Positions 7,888-16,519 of a stretch of DNA of 32,000 nt are shown piece by piece. A program made the position numbers and the translations under genes. The notes beneath the pieces are model-generated. The model saw only the letters and a program-made list of their open reading frames with translations. It had not been told where the DNA came from and did not search any database. The first letter of the stretch is position 1. Each line of letters starts with the position of its first letter. Source of the stretch: Synechococcus sp. A15-24 (lineage in GTDB: Bacteria > Cyanobacteriota > Cyanobacteriia > PCC-6307 > Cyanobiaceae); assembly GCF_014280195.1 (NCBI RefSeq), contig NZ_CP047960.1, positions 240,001 through 272,000 on the forward strand, given 5' to 3'.

Positions 7888-8918
7888 GGTGCTGACCGAT
7901 AGCCCATTGGATTGGCCTGCTGCCAGGCCCAGCCATCGCGGCACATGTCCACCAGGCCGCGGCGGGCGGTCCAGCCCAAGACGGCTTCCGCCTGGCGGGG
8001 ACAGGCCTGCAGCCTTGGCACATCACCGGGACGGCGGGCGACCACCTCGTAGGGAATGGTGATGCCGGTGGCTTGCTCGAACCCCTTGATCACATCGAGC
8101 ACACTGAGTCCTGTGCCCGTGCCGATGTTCACGGTCAACTGGGTGGGTAACTCCTGGTTGAGCAGGTGGGTGAGCGTGACGCCGTGGGCTTCGGCTAGAT
8201 CCATCACGTGCAGGTAGTCGCGGATGCCGGTGCCGTCGGGTGTTGGGTAGTCCTGCCCGAAGACCCGCAGCTTGTCCCTGCGTCCTGCAGCCACCTGGGT
8301 GATGAAGGGAAAAAGGTTGTTGGGAATGCCGAGGGGGTCCTCCCCGATGCAGCCGCTGGGGTGGGCGCCTACCGGGTTGAAGTAGCGCAGGCAGGCCACC
8401 CGCCAGCTGCTGGAGCGGCAAAGTGCTCCCAGCATCTGCTCCACGGCGAGTTTGGTCTGGGCATAGGGATGCACCGGCGCGGTGGCCATGCCCTCATGCA
8501 AGGGGAATTGCTCCGGTTCGCCGTACACGGTGGAGGTGCTGCTGAACACAAGGGTTCGGCAGCCATTCCGTTCCATGGCTGCCGCCAGGACCCGACTGCC
8601 GTTGAGGTTCACATCCCAGTAGCGCAGCGGGTCGGCCACCGATTCACCCACGGCTTTGAGCCCGGCGAAGTGGATCACGCCATCCACTGGGCCGCCCGAG
8701 CGGAAGGCTCGATCCAGCACCTCAGGGTTGCGCAGATCCCCTTCCACCAGCTGTAGGGCATCGGACGCCGCCAGCTCCTGGACCCGGCGCAGGGCTTCCG
8801 GACTGCTGTTGTCGAAGTTGTCCAACACCACCAGGGAGTGGCCCTGCTCCAGCAGCACCAGGCAGGTGTGGCTGCCGATGAATCCAGCCCCTCCGGTGAT
8901 CAGGATTCTGCACGTCAT
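7884..8918 (-). CDS. galE: UDP-glucose 4-epimerase
   Basis: ILITGGAGFIGSHTCLVLLEQGHSLVVLDNFDNSS, SSTSTVYG, YAQTKLAVE (YxxxK); full-length GalE-like SDR. Confidence 0.9.
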   Translation of the reverse strand: MTCRILITGGAGFIGSHTCLVLLEQGHSLVVLDNFDNSSPEALRRVQELAASDALQLVEGDLRNPEVLDRAFRSGGPVDGVIHFAGLKAVGESVADPLRYWDVNLNGSRVLAAAMERNGCRTLVFSSTSTVYGEPEQFPLHEGMATAPVHPYAQTKLAVEQMLGALCRSSSWRVACLRYFNPVGAHPSGCIGEDPLGIPNNLFPFITQVAAGRRDKLRVFGQDYPTPDGTGIRDYLHVMDLAEAHGVTLTHLLNQELPTQLTVNIGTGTGLSVLDVIKGFEQATGITIPYEVVARRPGDVPRLQACPRQAEAVLGWTARRGLVDMCRDGWAWQQANPMGYRSAP

Positions 8919-9007
8919 GGGCGTGGGCAGCGCGTGACTCGATTGTGGATCAGGTCAGAGCCAGACCAGGTGTTTGCACCTAGGGTTCGACAACTAGTGA
9001 TCAACGT

Positions 9008-9763
9008 GTGGACGGCGGAACGACGCTTCCTGAGCTGAGGCGGGCTATAAGTCCTGACGGCCGTTCTCTTTTAAGGAAATACAACCTGCTGAAGCCTCTT
9101 GTGGAACAAATGATCACCAGCGAAGCCATCGCTGGTGTGCCTGTTCCAGCTGATGCTCTGAAAAAAGCGAAGCTTGAGCTTCTCGATCAACGGGGCTTCG
9201 AGACCATGGAGCAGTGGTCAGAGATGCTCGCTGATCTGGATCGATCCGATGACGAGGTGATTGATCGGCTCGAACGGGTGATCCGTCGCCAGGAGTACAT
9301 CAGGGAGCGTTTTGCACCCAAAGCGGAAGCTCGGTTTCTGGAGCGCAAGAACGAGCTGGATCAAGTGGTCTACAGCCTGCTGCGGCTGGCCAACAATTTT
9401 CTGGCCCGAGAGTTGTACCTACAGATCGAGTCTGGGGAATCCAACTTCGCTGATCTGGCCAAGCGCTATGCCGAGGGGCCTGAGCGCAACACCAACGGCA
9501 TCGTCGGGCCGGTCTCTCTGACGCAGGCCCATCCAGCGCTCGTCGAAAAGCTGCGGGTGGCCCAACCCGGTGTCCTGCTGGAGCCATTCCGCATCGCCGA
9601 TTGGTGGCTGGTGGTTCGGCTGGAGCGCTACTCCCCGGCCACGTTCACGCCAGAGGTCTCGGATCGAATGTGCCGGGAAATGTTCGATGCCTGGATTGCG
9701 GAGGAAACCGCCACTACCTTGAGCCGGCTTGAAGGCGAGTTCAGCGACTTCAGCATCTCCTGA
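9008..9763 (+). CDS. Parvulin/PpiC-like protein with an apparently degenerate active site, no signal peptide
   Basis: The C-terminal half FADLAKRYAEGPERNTNGIVGPVSLTQAHPALVEKLRVAQPGVLLEPFRIADWWLVVRLE follows the PpiC rotamase template. The N-terminal LLRKYNLLKPLVEQMITSEAI resembles a SurA-N-like helix. GTG 9008 is the first start after an in-frame TAG at 8981. The stop overlaps the ABC gene start (TGATG at 9761-9765). Confidence 0.6.
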   Translation: MDGGTTLPELRRAISPDGRSLLRKYNLLKPLVEQMITSEAIAGVPVPADALKKAKLELLDQRGFETMEQWSEMLADLDRSDDEVIDRLERVIRRQEYIRERFAPKAEARFLERKNELDQVVYSLLRLANNFLARELYLQIESGESNFADLAKRYAEGPERNTNGIVGPVSLTQAHPALVEKLRVAQPGVLLEPFRIADWWLVVRLERYSPATFTPEVSDRMCREMFDAWIAEETATTLSRLEGEFSDFSIS

Positions 9764-12681
9764 TGACCCAGTCCCCTCCCTTTCCTCTTCTCAACCATCC
9801 CGCCTTCAAGGGCGTGTCCGATGCCGCTCTGACGCAGTTGCAGGACTCCACCAAGCTGCTGCGCTTCGAGCTGGGTCAGCAGCTGTGCGAGCCGGATGAC
9901 ATCCCGGCCAGGATTCTCGTGTTGCTGAAGGGTCAGGCCCGTCTGGTGGGTCGTCACAACGGTCGTCTCACCACCGTTGGCAAGTTCGGCCCAGGCAGCG
10001 TGATCGGTGCCGCCAGCCTGCTCTGTGGCAATCCCTGCGAGAACGTGATCACCTCGGATGAGGTGATCGCCTGCGCGATCTCCGATGAGCAGTTGACCCA
10101 GCTGTACGGCCAGGAGGAAGCGTTCCGCCTCTGGTGTGATCAGCAGCTCTGGCCTCAGGAACTGCTCGCATTGCTGGAGGTTCTTGAGGAGGGAACGGCG
10201 GAGACCGACAGTTCCGCCCTTGAACAGCTGGAGCAAGCGTTGAAGACGGCCAAGCGCTGCCGCCCTGAACCCGAGGCGATTGATGCAGCATTGGCGACGG
10301 GCGGCCGTCTGTACCTCACCAGTTGCTGGGGAAACGCCACGGTGGGCCAGCCCCTCCAGGCGGCATCAGCGTTGCCCGTGGCGGATCGGTTCTCTCAACG
10401 CCTGGTGCTGTTCCCCAACGCATCGGACGTCAGCGATGGGCCGGAGCCCGGCGGTGATCTGGTGCCCGTGAATGCTGTGGAGGATGCGGAACTGCTGCCT
10501 CCGGTCAGTCGCTACAGCCCTGAGCGCAATGTGGTGGACAGCCTGAGGCTGATTCGCGCTGAAGGCCCGATACAGGAAACGCTGGCCTGCTTCCAGATGC
10601 TGGCCCAGTTGATGAAGCTGCCGTTCCGGCGCGACTCGATCGAGAAGGTCCTGCAGGACAACCTGCGCCGTGGTCTCACTCCCAATCTTCAGTTGTGCGG
10701 CCAGTTGGCGGCAAGTCTCGGACTGCACGTGATGGCGGCCAAGGTGCCGGCTGTGACGGGCACGCGTCTGCAGGTGCCATCGATGATTCCCTGGCAGGGC
10801 GGGTTCGCCCTGGTGGTGGCCAGCAATGAGCAGGGTCTGAAGCTTGCCTCGCCGAAACAAGGCATGGTCACGCTGGGTCCCGCTGACCTGGCGGACTGTT
10901 TCCCTGAGGGCATCGAGCTGCTTCTGATGGAGCGCTCTAATGCCACACCGGATCAGAAGTTCGGTCCGGGCTGGTTCTGGCCGGCGCTGAAGCGCTATCG
11001 GGGCGTGCTGATCCAGGTGCTGGCGGCCAGTTTTGTGGTGCAGCTGTTCACCCTGGCCAATCCCCTGCTGATCCAGGTGATCATCGACAAGGTGATCAGC
11101 CAACGCAGCCTGGACACCTTGCAGGTGCTGGGCATTGCCCTGGTGGTGGTGACCATTTTGGAAGGGGTGCTGGGCAGCCTCAAGACATTCCTCTTTGCCG
11201 AAACCACCAACCGGATCGATCAGCGCCTCGGCGCCGAGGTGATCGACCACCTGCTGCGGCTTCCCCTGGGCTACTTCGACCGCCGCCCGGTGGGTGAACT
11301 CGGCACCCGGGTGGCTGAGCTCGAGAAGATCCGCAACTTCCTCACGGGTCAGGCTCTCACCACGATTCTGGATGCCGCCTTCTCGGTGATTTACATCCTG
11401 GTGATGGTGATCTACAGCTGGTTGCTTACATTGATCGCCCTGTCTGTGTTGCCGATTCAGATCGGCCTCACGGTGCTGGGGGCTCCGCTGTTCCGCCGCC
11501 AGTTCCGTGCTGCTGCGGAAGAAAACGCCAAGACCCAGAGCCATCTGGTGGAAGTGCTCACCGGGATCCAGACGGTCAAGGCTCAGAACGTGGAGATGGT
11601 CAGCCGTTGGCGTTGGCAGGAGTTTTATTCCCAGTACATCGCTCGCACGTTTGAGAAGACGATCACCGGCACCGCTCTGAATCAGACCAGCCAGGTGCTG
11701 CAGAAGATTTCGCAGCTCATGGTGCTCTGGATCGGCGCCTCAATGGTGTTAAGCGGTGACCTGACCCTTGGCCAGTTGATCGCTTTCCGGATCATCTCCG
11801 GCTATGTGACCCAGCCACTGCTGCGGTTGTCGACGATCTGGCAGAGCATCCAGGAACTGCGGGTCAGCTTCGAGCGTCTTGCCGACGTGATTGACACCCC
11901 CGAGGAATCCGATGAGGTGGATAAATCCAAGGTGATGCTGCCGCCGTTAATGGGGGAGGTGCGGTTCGAGGATCTCTCCTTCCGTTTCCGCCCCGGACAA
12001 CCGGAGGTGTTGAAGGACATCAATCTGGAGATCAAGGCTGGCACCTTCGTTGGCATCGTTGGCCAGAGCGGCAGCGGCAAGAGCACCCTGATGAAGCTGC
12101 TGCCTCGGCTCTATGAGCCGGGTGACGGGCGGATCCTGATCGACGGTTACGACATCGCCAAGGTGGAGCTCTATTCACTGCGCCGACAGATCGGCATTGT
12201 TCCTCAGGATCCGTTGTTGTTCAGCGGCACCGTCAGCGAGAACATCGCGTTGACGAATCCGGAAGCGTCCAGTGAGGAGATCGTGCGTGCGGCCCGCCTG
12301 GCCAATGCCCACGACTTCATCATGGAGCTGCCCAGTGGTTACAGCACACCGGTGGGTGAACGGGGGGCGTCCCTCAGTGGTGGCCAACGGCAGCGGGTGG
12401 CAATTGCTCGGACCCTGCTGAGCAATCCCAAGTTGCTGGTGATGGACGAAGCCACCAGCGCCCTTGACTATGAAACCGAGCGCAAGGTCTGCGACAACCT
12501 GCTCGAGAACCTGGATGACCAGACGGTGTTTTTCATTACCCACCGCCTGTCCACCATCCGTCAGGCCGACGTGATTGTGATGCTGCACCAGGGGGCCGTG
12601 GTCGAGGTCGGCACCCATGAGGAGCTGATGAAGCATCGGGGTCGCTACTACGCCCTTTACCGCCAGCAGGAGAGCACCTGA
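9763..12681 (+). CDS. HlyB-type ABC exporter (type I secretion permease/ATPase) with an N-terminal cNMP-binding-like domain and a C39 peptidase-like domain
   Basis: 972 aa. Six-helix TMD (aa ~400-690). Walker A GQSGSGKST (nt 12061-12087), signature LSGGQRQRVAIARTLL, Walker B LLVMDEATSALD, H-loop FITHRLS. N-terminal domains are listed separately. Confidence 0.9.
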   Translation: MTQSPPFPLLNHPAFKGVSDAALTQLQDSTKLLRFELGQQLCEPDDIPARILVLLKGQARLVGRHNGRLTTVGKFGPGSVIGAASLLCGNPCENVITSDEVIACAISDEQLTQLYGQEEAFRLWCDQQLWPQELLALLEVLEEGTAETDSSALEQLEQALKTAKRCRPEPEAIDAALATGGRLYLTSCWGNATVGQPLQAASALPVADRFSQRLVLFPNASDVSDGPEPGGDLVPVNAVEDAELLPPVSRYSPERNVVDSLRLIRAEGPIQETLACFQMLAQLMKLPFRRDSIEKVLQDNLRRGLTPNLQLCGQLAASLGLHVMAAKVPAVTGTRLQVPSMIPWQGGFALVVASNEQGLKLASPKQGMVTLGPADLADCFPEGIELLLMERSNATPDQKFGPGWFWPALKRYRGVLIQVLAASFVVQLFTLANPLLIQVIIDKVISQRSLDTLQVLGIALVVVTILEGVLGSLKTFLFAETTNRIDQRLGAEVIDHLLRLPLGYFDRRPVGELGTRVAELEKIRNFLTGQALTTILDAAFSVIYILVMVIYSWLLTLIALSVLPIQIGLTVLGAPLFRRQFRAAAEENAKTQSHLVEVLTGIQTVKAQNVEMVSRWRWQEFYSQYIARTFEKTITGTALNQTSQVLQKISQLMVLWIGASMVLSGDLTLGQLIAFRIISGYVTQPLLRLSTIWQSIQELRVSFERLADVIDTPEESDEVDKSKVMLPPLMGEVRFEDLSFRFRPGQPEVLKDINLEIKAGTFVGIVGQSGSGKSTLMKLLPRLYEPGDGRILIDGYDIAKVELYSLRRQIGIVPQDPLLFSGTVSENIALTNPEASSEEIVRAARLANAHDFIMELPSGYSTPVGERGASLSGGQRQRVAIARTLLSNPKLLVMDEATSALDYETERKVCDNLLENLDDQTVFFITHRLSTIRQADVIVMLHQGAVVEVGTHEELMKHRGRYYALYRQQEST
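9784..10116 (+). other. cNMP-binding-like (CAP/Crp effector-type) domain of the exporter; phosphate-binding cassette looks degenerate
   Basis: LLRFELGQQLCEPDDIPARILVLLKGQARLV....GKFGPGSVIGAASLLCGNPCENVITSDEVIACAI follows the beta-roll pattern. The canonical FGE...PR(S/T)A positions read FGPGS...PCEN. Confidence 0.55.
10534..10938 (+). other. C39 peptidase-like domain (CLD) of the exporter, apparently non-catalytic
   Basis: ETLACFQMLAQLMKLPF aligns with the (D)CGxAxLxMIL helix. The strand expected to carry the catalytic His reads WQGGFALVVAS. There is no His between aa 323 and 400. Confidence 0.55.
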
Positions 12682-12683
12682 CC

Positions 12684-13874
12684 ATGAAGCTCAATCCGTT
12701 CAAGCGCGATACCCCAGCGCCCAACCAGGAGTCCACAGCCCTCGTCACCTACGACGAATCGGTGCTGCAGCAGGGACGTTTCTGGATGAAGACGGTCACC
12801 TGGACCTTGATCGGCACCACGGTGTTCGGTGTGGCCTGGCTGGCCCTGGCCCGAACAGAAGAGATCGTTGTGGCCCCCGGCCAGCTGGAGCCGGTGGGGT
12901 CCGTGCAGGACATTCAGATGCCCGTGGGTGGTGTGGCGGATCAGATCCTGGTGCAGGAAGGGGACTCCGTGAAGGTTGGTCAGGTGCTGATGAAGTTGGA
13001 CACCGAAGCCACGGAAGAACAGCGTCTCAGTCTTGAAACAACCATCAAGCTCAAGCATGAGCAGCTCCGTCTGAAGGACCAGGAGAAGCAGCGCTATCTC
13101 CAGGTGAACAACGAGGAGGTGCAGATGCTGGAGAACAACCTCGAGCTTCAGTCCGAGATCCTTGAGCGATTCGAAGAGTTAGAGGAAGCTGGAGCGACCT
13201 CTGAGCTCCAATATCTCAGCCAACAGAACGCTGTCGAGGAGACCCGCGGTCGTCTGCTGCAGACCAAGGCGGACCGTCTGCGGCAGGTGGCGCTGCTTGA
13301 GCAACAGGTGGCGCAGCTCAATTCGGAACTGGCCGACCTGACGGGCCGTTTGGCCGAAGCACGGGTCACCCTCCGCTATCAGCAGCTGAAGTCTCCGGTG
13401 GATGGCGTGGTGTTTGATCTGAAGCCAACGGCCACGGGCTTCACTGCACAGTCCACCCAGACGGTGATGAAGGTTGTCCCTTACGGATCTTTGGAAGCGA
13501 AGGTGGAGGTGCCGAGTAACAAGATCGGTTTCGTCACGATTCCACCTGGATGCCCCAAGGATCTTGAGAGCTGCATGAAAGCTGACATCAGCATTGATTC
13601 CTACCCATCCACAGATTTCGGGGTATTGGAAGGGAAGGTGACCCGCATCGGTTCCGATGCTCTGCCGCCGGATCCCCAGGAGCAACGTCAAGAACTGAGC
13701 TTTCCCGTCACGGTCAAGCTTGATCAGCAGACGTTGGCGCTGAAAAGCGGTACCTCACTGCCGTTGCAGGTGGGCATGAGCCTGACGGCCAACATCAAGC
13801 TGCGCAAGGTGTCCTACCTGCAACTGTTGTTGGGTGAATTCCAAGACAAGGCTGAATCGCTGCAGCGCCTCTGA
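12684..13874 (+). CDS. HlyD-family membrane fusion / periplasmic adaptor protein of a type I secretion system
   Basis: Single N-terminal TM (VTWTLIGTTVFGVAWLALA). Lipoyl-like hairpin (PVGGVADQILVQEGDSVKVGQVLMKLD). Long coiled coil (nt ~13020-13370). C-terminal beta-barrel with LKSPVDGVVFDL. ATG lies 2 nt after the ABC stop. Confidence 0.85.
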   Translation: MKLNPFKRDTPAPNQESTALVTYDESVLQQGRFWMKTVTWTLIGTTVFGVAWLALARTEEIVVAPGQLEPVGSVQDIQMPVGGVADQILVQEGDSVKVGQVLMKLDTEATEEQRLSLETTIKLKHEQLRLKDQEKQRYLQVNNEEVQMLENNLELQSEILERFEELEEAGATSELQYLSQQNAVEETRGRLLQTKADRLRQVALLEQQVAQLNSELADLTGRLAEARVTLRYQQLKSPVDGVVFDLKPTATGFTAQSTQTVMKVVPYGSLEAKVEVPSNKIGFVTIPPGCPKDLESCMKADISIDSYPSTDFGVLEGKVTRIGSDALPPDPQEQRQELSFPVTVKLDQQTLALKSGTSLPLQVGMSLTANIKLRKVSYLQLLLGEFQDKAESLQRL

Positions 13875-13879
13875 GCCGG

Positions 13880-15130
13880 ATGCGGATCCTTTTCGTTCAC
13901 CAGAACTTTCCCGGTCAGTACGTGCACATCGTGCAGCGTCTGGCCCAACAGGGGCAGCACCAGCTCGTGGCCTTGGGCATCAATCCTCTGGATCGAGGGC
14001 GTGGCATGCCCGAGAGCCTCAACCATTTCCGTTACCGCCTCGATCGAGGCAACACCGAGGGAGTTCATCCCCTTGTGATGGAGACGGAAACCAAGGTCAT
14101 TCGAGCGGAGGGCTGTGCCCGAGCAGCTGAGCAGCTCAAGGCAAAGGGCTTCACGCCAGATTTGATCTGTGCCCATCCCGGGTGGGGTGAACCACTGTTT
14201 CTGAAGGCGATCTGGCCTGATACGCCCCTGCTTTGCTACCAAGAATTTTTCTACAACGAGTTCGGCTTCGACTCCAACTTCGATCCGGAATTCCAGGACA
14301 ACCGCGGTTGGCAAGAGCAGGCGAAGCTCACGATGAAAAACGCCTATCTGCATCTCACCCTCGAGCAGGCGGATTGGAACATCTCTCCCACGCACTTTCA
14401 GGCCAGCAGCTTTCCCGAGCACTGGCGGCGTCGGATAAGCGTGATCCATGACGGTGTGGACACAAGTAAGGCCGTTCCTAATTCAGCCCCGGGGCCGCTC
14501 AAGCTTCCCGATGGCACTCTTCTTGAAAAGGGACAACTGATCGTCACCTTTGTGAATCGCTGTCTGGAGCCCTATCGGGGCTGTCATACGTTCATTCGAG
14601 CTATTCCTGAGCTGCAACAGAGCAACCCTGAGGCCCGTTTGGTGATCGTGGGACAAACCAAGGGGGTGAGTTACGGAGCTGCGTGTTCCGACGGTGAATG
14701 GAAGGATCGGTTTCTGGCAGAGATCGAGGGTCAGTACGACCCAAGCCGTGTGCACTTCACGGGCACGCTGCCTTATGGCCAATTTGTGCCACTCCTGCAG
14801 CTCAGTGCTTGCCACGTCTATCTCACCTATCCATTTGTGATGAGCTGGAGCCTGCTGGAGGCTATGGCCTGTGGTTGTGCTGTCGTAGGGTCCAACACCG
14901 CACCGGTGCGTGAAGCTATTCGCCATGGCCAGAACGGCCTCTTGGTGGATTTTTTTGCTCCTGCGGATCTTGCTGCTGCTGTTACCGAGTTGCTGCAGGA
15001 CCGAGAGCTGGCAGTGGCTTTCGGTCAGGCTGCACGACGCACGGTCGAGGCCACCTATGAGCTGGACTCTTGTGTGACCCGACAACTGGCATTAATGGAT
15101 CTGGTGGCCAGCGGCAGCATTAGCGACTGA
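13880..15130 (+). CDS. GT4 (group 1) glycosyltransferase
   Basis: [14 protein letters not shown] start. C-terminal GT-B motif with E-x7-E ([26 protein letters not shown]). ATG lies 5 nt after the HlyD stop. Confidence 0.8.
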   Translation: MRILFVHQNFPGQYVHIVQRLAQQGQHQLVALGINPLDRGRGMPESLNHFRYRLDRGNTEGVHPLVMETETKVIRAEGCARAAEQLKAKGFTPDLICAHPGWGEPLFLKAIWPDTPLLCYQEFFYNEFGFDSNFDPEFQDNRGWQEQAKLTMKNAYLHLTLEQADWNISPTHFQASSFPEHWRRRISVIHDGVDTSKAVPNSAPGPLKLPDGTLLEKGQLIVTFVNRCLEPYRGCHTFIRAIPELQQSNPEARLVIVGQTKGVSYGAACSDGEWKDRFLAEIEGQYDPSRVHFTGTLPYGQFVPLLQLSACHVYLTYPFVMSWSLLEAMACGCAVVGSNTAPVREAIRHGQNGLLVDFFAPADLAAAVTELLQDRELAVAFGQAARRTVEATYELDSCVTRQLALMDLVASGSISD

Positions 15131-15171
15131 GTTCACCGGGCAGACTGTTTCGTTGTTTTCGCATCCGGCAC

Positions 15172-16473
15172 GTGACTCAGCTCCAAAGTCTTAGGGGCAT
15201 GGTCGATCTCCTCCCGGAGGCTGTGCAGCGCTGGCAGGCCGTTGAAGCTGTTGCACGGGAGCATTTTCGCCGCTCTGGTTTCGGCGAGATCCGCACGCCT
15301 CTCCTGGAAACAACCGACCTGTTCTGTCGCGGAATCGGTGAGGCCACCGATGTTGTCGGCAAAGAAATGTACAGCTTCACAGATCGCGGTGAGCGCGCCT
15401 GCACACTGCGGCCGGAGGGCACCGCGTCGGTGGTGCGGGCGGCGCTGCAACACGGCCTGTTGAGCCAAGGTGCGCAGAAGCTTTGGTATGCCGGCCCGAT
15501 GTTCCGATACGAGCGGCCCCAGGCCGGTCGACAGCGTCAGTTCCACCAGATTGGGGTGGAGTGGCTTGGCGCGGAAAGTGCCCGCTGTGACGTTGAGGTG
15601 ATTGCTCTCGCCTGGGATCTGCTTGCCCGTCTCGGAGTGGGGGGCCTTGAGCTGGAAATCAACAGCCTCGGTTCTCCCGAGGATCGCCAGGTTTATCGAG
15701 CAGCACTGGTGAATTGGCTGGAGCAGCGGTCTGAGGCTCTGGATTCCGATTCCCAGGCCCGTCTCAGCACCAATCCCCTGAGGATTCTTGATTCGAAGAA
15801 CAAGGACACCCAGGCATTACTCGAGCATGCACCAACCCTGGCCAATGCCCTCAGCCCGGAGAGCAGGCAGCGCTTTGATGCGGTTCAGCGTGGGTTGACC
15901 GCCCTGGGCATTCCCTTCCGGCTCAATCCGAGGCTGGTGCGGGGTCTGGATTACTACGGCCACACCACCTTCGAGATAACCAGTGATCAGTTGGGGGCGC
16001 AGGCCACGGTCTGTGGTGGCGGCCGGTACGACGGTTTGATTGCCGAACTCGGTGGAGCCTCGACACCGGCAATCGGCTGGGCCCTTGGCATGGAACGCCT
16101 GCTTCTGGTGCTGGAAGCTTCGGCTCAGGTTGATCCCGAAGGCACCGCGGCCCGCTTGGTGGCCGGCTCTGCACCGGATGCCTTCATCGTCAACCGTGGT
16201 GTGCAGGCCTCTGTCGCCGCTTTGGCTCTGGCCCGTGATCTGCGAGGCCATGGCTTGTCGGTTGACCTCGATGACTCGGGCTCAGCCTTCGGGAAGCAGT
16301 TCAAACGCGCCGATCGCCGTGGAGCACGCTGGGCCTTGGTGATTGGCGATGACGAGGTGGAGCGTGGTGAGCTGCGTTTAAAGCCGCTTCAGCAGTCGGG
16401 GGAAGAGGGTTGTGTCCGGCTCGATGACCGGGAGACCATTGTGGCGATTCTCAAGTCCCTCCAAGGGAACTGA
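15172..16473 (+). CDS. hisS: Histidine--tRNA ligase
   Basis: [66 protein letters not shown]: class II HisRS motifs. GTG start at 15172. Confidence 0.93.
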   Translation: MTQLQSLRGMVDLLPEAVQRWQAVEAVAREHFRRSGFGEIRTPLLETTDLFCRGIGEATDVVGKEMYSFTDRGERACTLRPEGTASVVRAALQHGLLSQGAQKLWYAGPMFRYERPQAGRQRQFHQIGVEWLGAESARCDVEVIALAWDLLARLGVGGLELEINSLGSPEDRQVYRAALVNWLEQRSEALDSDSQARLSTNPLRILDSKNKDTQALLEHAPTLANALSPESRQRFDAVQRGLTALGIPFRLNPRLVRGLDYYGHTTFEITSDQLGAQATVCGGGRYDGLIAELGGASTPAIGWALGMERLLLVLEASAQVDPEGTAARLVAGSAPDAFIVNRGVQASVAALALARDLRGHGLSVDLDDSGSAFGKQFKRADRRGARWALVIGDDEVERGELRLKPLQQSGEEGCVRLDDRETIVAILKSLQGN

Positions 16474-16519
16474 TCCCACACGTGCGTGGTAATTTTCACT
16501 CATATACGGACATTGAGCG

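Noticed and set aside
10366-11544. 392-aa ORF antisense to the ABC exporter
   Set aside because: It has the same high-GC antisense signature (His/Gln/Arg/Leu-rich, no motifs). The plus-strand frame carries unambiguous ABC TMD and NBD motifs.
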